The translations under genes and the position numbers were made by a program. Positions 21,201-26,320 of a stretch of DNA of 64,000 nucleotides are shown here, piece by piece; the stretch's first letter is position 1; each line of letters begins with the position of its first letter. A model generated the notes under the pieces. That model worked only from the letters and a program-made list of their open reading frames with translations. It did not search any database and was not told the origin of the DNA. Origin of the DNA: an uncultured Lachnospiraceae bacterium (GTDB lineage: Bacteria; Bacillota; Clostridia; Lachnospirales; Lachnospiraceae). Location: assembly GCA_947626415.1 (NCBI GenBank), contig CANQSA010000011.1, forward strand, positions 11,100 through 75,099. Reading direction: 5' to 3'.

Positions 21201-21832
21201 TCAGTAACCGTGTAGGTATAGGGAATGTATTTATAAGTAGCGCTTCCATCCGTATATTCTCCAAAAAATTTTCCATCTTCTTTATGTAATGCGCTCACGG
21301 CGGCATATTCTGTCTGCCAATTGCCGATATATCCTGTTGTATTTAACTCATCCTCATCCCCTGCTTGAGAATTTCGGATATCAATTGTGTGTGTATTTCC
21401 ATTCAGATCGGTCATTACAATATCAACTGAGTCTTTATCGCCAGTATGCTTATTTGCAGTATGACTTAAATCCAGCGTAGAGTTGTACACGCTGGAACCT
21501 ACACAAATTGTATCTCCCTCAAAGGCATATACATGAAAAATTGTCCTATATTCTACTCCGCCGAAACTACTATTACGACATGCATAGTATGGACGTGCAG
21601 CTTCCAGATAATCCGTATCCGGTTTACCGTCCCCATTAGAATCCCACATATACTCCAGCGTCTCATTTTTATATTCATCCGGATCGTCCGCCGCAGCACT
21701 GACATTTTCCTTTTTCGTAAGATGAAACAGCTCCGGCAGCTCCGTTCCTGCCACTACCGATAAAACCATGATCAGGCACAAAAGCATCGAAAATGTTTTT
21801 TTAAGAAATGAATATGAGCCGTATTTTTTCAT
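15281..21832 (-). CDS. Giant LPXTG-anchored pilus tip adhesin (about 2183 aa)
   Basis: Signal peptide from MKKYGSYSFLKK (SD GGAGAG 7 nt upstream; the track start at 21871 lies inside a hairpin). It has an E-box YFIREVFAPAGF and repeated FxFxL-type modules (FSFKVLNAY, FTITVSGVD, FTFTLTADS, FTFKIKPD, FGFEVVFTY) like streptococcal pilin isopeptide-linker repeats. The C-terminus is LPTTGG plus a TM helix. Confidence 0.85.
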   Translation of the reverse strand: MKKYGSYSFLKKTFSMLLCLIMVLSVVAGTELPELFHLTKKENVSAAADDPDEYKNETLEYMWDSNGDGKPDTDYLEAARPYYACRNSSFGGVEYRTIFHVYAFEGDTICVGSSVYNSTLDLSHTANKHTGDKDSVDIVMTDLNGNTHTIDIRNSQAGDEDELNTTGYIGNWQTEYAAVSALHKEDGKFFGEYTDGSATYKYIPYTYTVTETGVYTFEFHSYNKSNTVNDEANYRKRSEPFHNPKINYGGEIAALNLTVFDESGTEQHGRTYADFLSLQMHPAATGVVDTYYILTTDSYIYKMKFNNVKPYTYNFFTNNKGIYDSATGEIIYTSVKDINNQNTFDEMGAAYKYPGTKDTEMLKSYYIFLEYPNDQLEGELYEKAVQPDPATNLRFVSTIKDTEGNNIPGAYEGEGGYFSFDVEEATTATLRLEFEGEGNQKYAPVEISGAVTPHSTNYFYWNGKDGNGTVIPSNKYTINDFTFTVTTKAGEIHFPIIDMENAPGGITFTRLSHIYDKNGEQQDTEGSIYELTKNVIYYDETAIYYGEPAASTGHSEANVDVAKNKFNTDDGNGGQYFQYKNMGPGGGEQAARNTQYIKDHPNIRIGDHSHTTNVIEYFDKNGNLITKPTEDQKNMISYLSSLDNPVGKSTTTPSTTDYAIANFWTFIPAKPARASIDIDGITIGPRPEHSFNLTGRVFFDVKKDGIYNDMSADGDYPLKDVTLNLYKKTTSTSYDAKKTYVTYNSDDGTVTLLDSNTFASASNKYELVDTGLTTGEGMYKFTGLEYDPTAGTEYLYQVIKPDERYTLTSQGITAESLTRDSVAYGYYANKSYGTTYKGTEVQRIIVGKQVGQVDPTVMGHDPSVPNTTNAVCAVDVGYNYEIMSQSLVLKKTWDTTETHPTAVAYEVHCNTTGGDKVYAYHVISAITSWQYENEYLSKTFDGSPVEDYYVAAEYYIDGDNIYRHTFAYENGKYGSFVGTTYRAELSELGGTVKNFSNIPDLSVLKNINWGSALAENAALYKAVLDRNISSDRTTITITNAKAPGTIEIFKYQGTNVESNALQGATFRVYDLTGKTVDEMKNLVTEAEKGDQAATKTLKDCQVGSATTRSNGRIAFPGLDPTKSYFIREVFAPAGFRILNPFYVVYAKDSSEEVNAAEGIYKFDTNNYVKVDVGNAPADTNFYILKRIEGRAWQENDRFSFKVLNAYDSSTSTELSTAVGIRVDAAEQAIISNAGETPLVLATAFADEFKENSADKKNIVEVGNSNPYYSYSAKDTHVEGKTNTFTYADRKMSDQLLVDGSEFDRTKTNTYASFCGVTFPMAGVYTFTIYENDITDDDTLIKSDYEYTVILSVTRVPDATGTAVTDLMEDNSHLVAEVSSITYTEDADGVTQIYAGSSPLFTNRYAPAPAKQDTSYKIVKNFTGRKGNEWLSTDEFTITVSGVDTETQDAIKKGNLVINGAGFGDLSKAGAKNEWVHTFTGGSEGHAEWKFDSFTFNGIIFPVQYVKNGEDPTDPNNVWNSTEDYPTPPKEQIGRNPGQYSAQTIPVTYWLKIAETIPAETKGIDYDDTVYYLQIVLRNAEAKVSVGSLEEEEEDGIIDEIDMKLYHVDHSVTDVTKLKEEDCVATCQTRAEVLEFDQWKVPGTPSDGGKYAWFYVDKNNKLIDVTETHETVQPKDAKLLVRRWDKHEDVNGGSHTITITNTYHTSYTWVPKIQKVLAGRNWLATDEFTFTLTADSENEVGGCSFAPGDSKELSITSDDITNDYTKVFDAIKFTKAGTYEFTITEKDEKNNSLATYDVIVEVEDNGDGTLQPTIEGSDSKTIEDEVFQFTNTYESTAFDLDISKQIIGRAWTAEDQFTFKIKPDLKTRDAIDNGTITVPGKLNESDGSYTVKINSVSTTGDIIKQSFGKVEINNIGTLTEGTQYKFTISEVTEDLENMYCREPAIDLFITIQEPEITPGGTETTHKLVATYAHRVSSSAPAEPSEPTDSNVTIPFTNVAIGNLTVAKKVVSSSEADTTEFGFEVVFTYKNDTDQIIKAVKGGTKSIDPKKETNKWTYSFTLKDGEKVEFSDIPADTQYQITETNTDKYMLLYVRDHDSDDGPNLLTSGDPIGDTITSKNAVQYRLFVNGLIKELPTTGGFGINGRLFLGLMLMIAGILAIAMQYLKYRKQLLCKKRLSRDGPDG

Positions 21833-21861
21833 AATAGTCTCTCCAATCTGATCCAGACAAC

Positions 21862-21911
21862 GCAAAAGCACCTGACCGCGGCATCAATATGCCGCAGCCA
21901 GGTGCTTTTGC
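21862..21911 (-). promoter_or_regulatory. 50-nt extended hairpin in the pilus operon leader
   Basis: 13-bp outer stem GCAAAAGCACCTG/CAGGTGCTTTTGC plus 7-bp inner stem GCGGCAT/ATGCCGC. There is no U-run on either strand. It ends 30 nt upstream of the adhesin ATG. Confidence 0.6.
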
Positions 21912-21932
21912 TCTATAATTGCTCTATAATTG
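21911..21932. repeat. Tandem direct repeat, 2 x 11 bp (CTCTATAATTG)
   Basis: Two exact adjacent copies read directly from the sequence. Confidence 0.9.
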
Positions 21933-21950
21933 ACAGGGTATACTATCCCC

Positions 21951-22030
21951 TGTTCTGTTCTGTTCTGTTCTGTTCTGTTCTGTTCTGTTCTGTTCTGTTC
22001 TGTTCTGTTCTGTTCTGTTCTGTTCTGTTC
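21951..22030. repeat. Pentanucleotide microsatellite (TGTTC)16, which reads (GAACA)16 on the pilus-coding strand
   Basis: 16 exact uninterrupted units (80 bp), counted directly. Confidence 0.97.
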
Positions 22031-22032
22031 AA

Positions 22033-22061
22033 ATCGTAGTCCCAAGTCATAACCCTGTCAA
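22033..22061 (-). promoter_or_regulatory. Candidate promoter P2 abutting the microsatellite
   Basis: On the minus strand: TTGACA (inside the right inverted repeat), 17 nt, TACGAT. The predicted start falls in the first GAACA units. Confidence 0.35.
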
Positions 22062-22098
22062 CCCCTTTTTAAAAATTTTCATATACCAAATCCGTTTT

Positions 22099-22127
22099 AT
22101 TATACAAACTGTTTATCACTTTGTCAA
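22099..22127 (-). promoter_or_regulatory. Consensus sigma-A promoter P1 for the pilus operon
   Basis: On the minus strand: TTGACA (22127-22122), exactly 17 nt, TATAAT (22104-22099). This gives a leader of about 260 nt to the adhesin ATG. Confidence 0.6.
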
Positions 22128-22216
22128 GATAATCATAACTGGTTCGAATTTTTCTTATGAATTTGCGAGTTAGAACGACCCCACGGACTCTGCGGAAAAC
22201 GCAATATAAATCGAAG

Positions 22217-22245
22217 TTGCATTTTTACGCTTTTTTGGTTATTAT
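22217..22245 (+). promoter_or_regulatory. Candidate promoter of the DUF3990/NADAR gene set
   Basis: TTGCAT, 17 nt, TATTAT. Confidence 0.45.
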
Positions 22246-22309
22246 TTATTTGGGAGGAGGATGCGTTATGCCAGCAGTAAATATATATATATGACGCGTG
22301 AAGGTAAAG

Positions 22310-22800
22310 ATGGAAAAAATAATATTATATCATGGAACTCCCGATAAAAACGTTCTGCCTACTTTCGGTTTAGGAGATGATAAACATGATTACGGAAGAG
22401 GCTTTTATCTGACTGAAGATCCGGAACTTGCAAAAGAATGGGCAGTTTGCCGGCCTAATAATGAAAACGGTTGGCTCCATAAATTGATGTTGTTAAGGGC
22501 TGGCGGGCCAATGCTTCCTACTTCTACATAGTCAAAGAGTTTGTCAGAGATAATGTAGATGTTGATATTCTTGAAGAACTTTTACAATTAGGCGGATTGG
22601 GAATGCAGTATTGTATCAAATCTCAATTTGCATACACAAGGCTTCACGAAGCAGAAACTGAACCGACGATAGTAAGCTACGACGAATTTAACGCAAAGTA
22701 TAATTCACGGGATGTTGCGGCAAGACAGAAAATGCGGGATCTGGTGAATTCCGATGCTAACAAAGTAACTAATGTCTTCAGTACACTTTTTGAAAGGTAA
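22310..22800 (+). pseudogene. DUF3990-family gene, frameshifted and probably internally deleted
   Basis: The N-terminal part MEKIILYHGTPD...DYGRGFYLTEDPELAKEWA stops at 22531. The continuation (VVKGWRANASYFYIVKEF...LGGLGMQYCIKSQFAY) is in the -1 frame, open from 22483 to 22800. Confidence 0.6.
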
Positions 22801-22805
22801 AAACA

Positions 22806-23222
22806 ATGCCGGCATATTCAGATGTTTATTTGGATGATGTGGTAGAAAATCAGGGAAAACTCTTTGATTTTGTAGCACAGTCATTTCCTAATACGGATAC
22901 AATAGAATTCATTAAGGCGTATATGACTAGTAAAACACGAAAGAGCATTGATGAAGCAAAAGCTTATGTGATTACGATGACCGCGGAAGAACTGTGGAAT
23001 TACTTTTCAAAAACGGAAGGGTATAAACTTAAAACAGGACATGCACTCCAGGGATTTATGCCCGATTGGATCGGTGAATTCTATGCTTATTATCAATGGT
23101 ATTACAATATACCAAGCCCGGAAGTGATTAAAAAAGTGCCCATTGACTTTTTGATGAAAGCTTATTATGGGCTCCATGATCTGGAACTGGATCTGGCAGT
23201 AAAGAAAGTTGGTGAAGTGTAA
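22806..23222 (+). CDS. Hypothetical protein (138 aa) between the DUF3990 remnant and NADAR
   Basis: Intact ORF whose stop overlaps the NADAR start (TAATG); no recognised family. Confidence 0.55.
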   Translation: MPAYSDVYLDDVVENQGKLFDFVAQSFPNTDTIEFIKAYMTSKTRKSIDEAKAYVITMTAEELWNYFSKTEGYKLKTGHALQGFMPDWIGEFYAYYQWYYNIPSPEVIKKVPIDFLMKAYYGLHDLELDLAVKKVGEV

Positions 23223-23695
23223 TGCAGATTTTATGTTTTCACAACCCTGGTGAAGAAAACGGTTTTTTAAGTAACTGGTACCTTTCTCGCTTTATAGTAG
23301 ATGATATTTCCTTTTCTTCCATGGAGCAGTTTATGATGTATAAAAAAGCTGTCTGTTTCCGAGATGCTAATATAGCCGCTCAGATTTTAGAATCCGAGGA
23401 TGTTTCTCAAATAAAATCGCTTGGACGTCTTGTTGCCGGTTATGATGACAATCTTTGGAATGGCATCAGACAGATTGTGGTATATCAAGGACTTTTTGAG
23501 AAGTTTTCACAGAATAAAGACCTAAAGGAAAAACTGTTGGAAACAGGTAATTCCATTTTAGCGGAATGCGCGGTTAACGATAGAATCTGGGGTATCGGCT
23601 TATCTATGAAAGATCCAGACAGACTTGAAAAAACAAAATGGAAAGGACAAAATCTGCTCGGTTATACTTTAATGATGGTTCGAGATCGTTTGTAA
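23222..23695 (+). CDS. NADAR (YbiA/DUF1768) family protein
   Basis: FLSNWY, MEQFMMYKKA, W-x-VV-x-GL-x-KFSQN, ECAVNDRIWGIG and NLLGYTLMMVR align with E. coli YbiA motifs as I recall them. Confidence 0.85.
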   Translation: MQILCFHNPGEENGFLSNWYLSRFIVDDISFSSMEQFMMYKKAVCFRDANIAAQILESEDVSQIKSLGRLVAGYDDNLWNGIRQIVVYQGLFEKFSQNKDLKEKLLETGNSILAECAVNDRIWGIGLSMKDPDRLEKTKWKGQNLLGYTLMMVRDRL

Positions 23696-23720
23696 ATGAT
23701 CCATTTCCGGAAGCTTTCTC

Positions 23721-23800
23721 ATTCATTCGTCCCAAAAAATACACCGTTCGTCCCAAATCTTTGTCAGCCTGCTTGTTTTAGCAGGCTGATTTATTATAAT
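23721..23800 (+). promoter_or_regulatory. Promoter/operator module, left copy
   Basis: Direct repeats TTCGTCCCAAA at 23726 and 23747 (21-bp period), then TTGTTT (23773-23778), 16 nt, TATAAT (23795-23800). About 80% identical to the inverted copy at 33281-33360. Confidence 0.6.
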
Positions 23801-23824
23801 AAAGATACGGGAATGGAGGTTTTC

Positions 23825-24397
23825 ATGAAAAAAAGAAAGCAACGCAGATTCTGGATCTGTATATCCGCGTTTATAATTGGAATTACAATAATTGCGGTTT
23901 GGCTCACCGGCCGTTTGGATTTTCCTTATAATCAGGAATTATCCAAATATTTATACCGGGACAGCAGCTGTAGGATTGAAAAAATCGAAATCCTTCGGAA
24001 ACATAAACCGGAAGAGTCCGCTCTTCCCATACAAAGGCAAAATATAATACTGGATGATCCGGCACAGATTTCCGCACTGCTCGAACAGATTGGCAATATC
24101 CGGATTGACAAACCGGAGGAGGGAGACGGAACCGACTGGGAAACATTTCGGAAAGCACAGCTTAACAATCTTTCTGATGTGAATTCCTATACAGAGTATA
24201 CGCTCACATTTCATATTGCAGGAGAAGATGAGAAATATGATGTAGAATTGCAGTACGAATATTTTTATGACAAAAATATCATAGCTGTGAGTTATCAGGA
24301 AAAAAACGGAAGCTGGAAATACAGCTTTTGTCAGACAGATCAGTGCCTGAACGACAGGATCGACGTATTTTTAAAAGCGCAGGAAGCAGGAGGGTGA
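23825..24397 (+). CDS. Hypothetical N-terminally anchored extracytoplasmic protein
   Basis: Start at MKKRKQRRFW with SD GGAGG 5 nt upstream, one TM helix. The track start at 23696 reads through the regulatory repeats. Confidence 0.55.
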   Translation: MKKRKQRRFWICISAFIIGITIIAVWLTGRLDFPYNQELSKYLYRDSSCRIEKIEILRKHKPEESALPIQRQNIILDDPAQISALLEQIGNIRIDKPEEGDGTDWETFRKAQLNNLSDVNSYTEYTLTFHIAGEDEKYDVELQYEYFYDKNIIAVSYQEKNGSWKYSFCQTDQCLNDRIDVFLKAQEAGG

Positions 24398-24404
24398 AAA
24401 AGCC

Positions 24405-25634
24405 GTGACGATAATCTGGAATCTGTACCGGGATTACGATAGAAAAAATAACAAACAGAGCATTCTGCCAACTGTAGTGTTTATCATTTCTATTTTTATA
24501 TTGCTGATCACTAATATTGCTTCCGCCATTATCCACAAAAGTATTGATAAGACAGTTCTGACCTATGCACAGAGAACGATTACCGTAGAAGGTTTGGAAG
24601 ATTTCGCATGGTATGACTTACTGGAAAAAGAATTCGGACAAAATCCGGACATCGAAGCAGTGGAATTTGACACAAATGGAATTTTAGAACTACAGGATAT
24701 CCCGGATGGGTTTCCGCTAAAACTGACTTCAACCGGAGAAATAACGAATCAAATGTCCTTTCATGCCATACAAAAGTCAGCCATGGACTCCTGTCCCCAG
24801 ACAGAACCGGACGATCATCTTGCAGAAAATGAAATCCTGATTCCCAAATATATGTTTCGTTTGGGGCATATAAACGGTGCTTCTCAGGAATATATTGCAG
24901 GTGAACAGTTCATCGGAAAAACGCTGCAATGCGATCTGTGCGGCCAACAAACAACTTTCGTTATCCGAGGCATATACGACAATGCAGCGGAACAGGATAT
25001 CGGAACCATATATCTTTCAGCCAGTACAGCCCGATCTGCCGCTGCACGGGGAAATCTGGGATATCGGTACAGCGTTGTTGTACAGAATTATGAAGATCTT
25101 GACTTTTATAAAAGTAAAATCCGTACCTGGTATGACAGGCTGGCAGCAGAAGCACAGATTACGGATCCGGCGGGCAGTATACAAACAAATCACGGATTAA
25201 AAGAGGATGCCATTACCTTCGCAAATGCACTTTTAATCGTCTCCACGATTCTCGCAATATCAGCGATGGCCTGGGCTTGTTTCGGAATGCTCTTATCCCG
25301 TTCAAAGTCTGTAAACGCAAGAAGACAGGAATTCGGACTGCTAAAGGCGGTTGGCTATCAGGATCGGCAATTATGCGCCATGCTGCGGATGGAGTCAGCA
25401 ATTCTGTCCCTGCGGGTACTCCTGATCGCAGGCGGTTTTACGCTTGTAATTGCAACAGGCTATGGGATTTGGGTATTGACGCAATTAAATGTAATGTACC
25501 GGATCATTTTACCACAAATCAATCCTGTCTTTTTGTTTTTCATTCTGGCCGCCGACTTTCTTGTTCCCATGCTTGCCGGAGAACTGGCAGTGCGAGAAGT
25601 AAAAAAGATCACGCCTATCGAAGCGCTGCGATAA
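24405..25634 (+). CDS. ABC transporter permease, FtsX/MacB-type
   Basis: N-terminal TM, large extracytoplasmic domain, then a C-terminal 3-TM FtsX-like module (LLKAVGYQDRQL...). There is no adjacent ATPase gene. Confidence 0.75.
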   Translation: MTIIWNLYRDYDRKNNKQSILPTVVFIISIFILLITNIASAIIHKSIDKTVLTYAQRTITVEGLEDFAWYDLLEKEFGQNPDIEAVEFDTNGILELQDIPDGFPLKLTSTGEITNQMSFHAIQKSAMDSCPQTEPDDHLAENEILIPKYMFRLGHINGASQEYIAGEQFIGKTLQCDLCGQQTTFVIRGIYDNAAEQDIGTIYLSASTARSAAARGNLGYRYSVVVQNYEDLDFYKSKIRTWYDRLAAEAQITDPAGSIQTNHGLKEDAITFANALLIVSTILAISAMAWACFGMLLSRSKSVNARRQEFGLLKAVGYQDRQLCAMLRMESAILSLRVLLIAGGFTLVIATGYGIWVLTQLNVMYRIILPQINPVFLFFILAADFLVPMLAGELAVREVKKITPIEALR

Positions 25635-25644
25635 CGCAGTACCG

Positions 25645-26298
25645 CTACAGCCTTTCACACGCCATATCACATACTGCCCGCAGCTGCTGCCATTCCGCGG
25701 CAGAATACGCATCATAAACGCCAAGTACCGGAAATCCCGCGTATTTGGCGCTTTTTGCCGCATGGAGCGCGTCTTCGATCACCAGCACCGCTTCCGGTTT
25801 CGCGCCGAAGCGTTCCGCACATTTTAAATAAATGCCCGGTCCGGATTTCCCCTCCGGCACTTCATTGGCGGTATACAGAAATGATATGTATGCGGCAATG
25901 CCGTTTTTCTCACAGACGGCTTTCACATTATTCCGGTCGGAAGCGGTGGCGATACACATCTGTTTCCCCTGCGCGAAGCAGTCTGTCAGTAACTGTTTTA
26001 CGCCCGGCTTCAGCGGAATTTTTGTCTCGTATTTTTCTCTGGCCCGGTGCATAATCTCCAGGACCATAGCCTGCAGGCTGTCCTGCAGTTGAAATTCGTC
26101 CAGGAAAAATTGTGCCGACTCTTCCAGACTCATGGTCTTGATCCGCTGGCTGATGGCAGGATTGATCCGGATGCCCCGCGCCGCCAGAAGTTCGCGGTCC
26201 AGTTCCGCCCACATCCACATGGAATCCACCATTGTGCCGTCAAAGTCCCAGATCAGATATTGATATTGGTCCAAAAATTCTCTCCAGTTTTCAGTCAT
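25645..26298 (-). CDS. HAD-superfamily hydrolase (beta-phosphoglucomutase-like subfamily)
   Basis: LIWDFDGTMVDS motif I, ATAS motif II, IEDALHAAKSAKYAG motif IV region. Confidence 0.8.
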   Translation of the reverse strand: MTENWREFLDQYQYLIWDFDGTMVDSMWMWAELDRELLAARGIRINPAISQRIKTMSLEESAQFFLDEFQLQDSLQAMVLEIMHRAREKYETKIPLKPGVKQLLTDCFAQGKQMCIATASDRNNVKAVCEKNGIAAYISFLYTANEVPEGKSGPGIYLKCAERFGAKPEAVLVIEDALHAAKSAKYAGFPVLGVYDAYSAAEWQQLRAVCDMACERL

Positions 26299-26320
26299 AT
26301 GCCTCTCCCGTTCGTTGCCT

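Larger units (their letters stand above)
21930..22061. repeat. 10-bp inverted repeats (TTGACAGGGT / ACCCTGTCAA) bracketing the microsatellite
   Basis: 21930-21939 and 22052-22061 are perfect reverse complements, with partial extension to 12-13 bp. Confidence 0.75.

Noticed and set aside
21833-21871. Track start codon of the adhesin ORF (MLLRCLDQIGETIM...)
   Set aside because: These codons lie inside the leader hairpin and have no SD. The downstream ATG at 21832 has GGAGAG 7 nt upstream and begins a typical signal peptide.
21951-22030. Could the regular repeat array be a CRISPR array?
   Set aside because: The unit is only 5 nt with no spacers and no cas genes nearby, so it is a simple pentanucleotide microsatellite.
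22483-22531. Programmed -1 ribosomal frameshift joining the two DUF3990 fragments
   Set aside because: I could not see a slippery heptamer or downstream structure in the overlap. The joined product would also be shorter in its central region than the DUF3990 proteins I recall, so gene decay is more likely.
23696-23824. N-terminal extension MIHFRKLSHSFVPKNTPFVPN... of ORF 23696-24397
   Set aside because: It is the translation of the TTCGTCCCAAA regulatory repeats and promoter. The internal ATG at 23825 has a GGAGG SD and starts a signal-anchor sequence.
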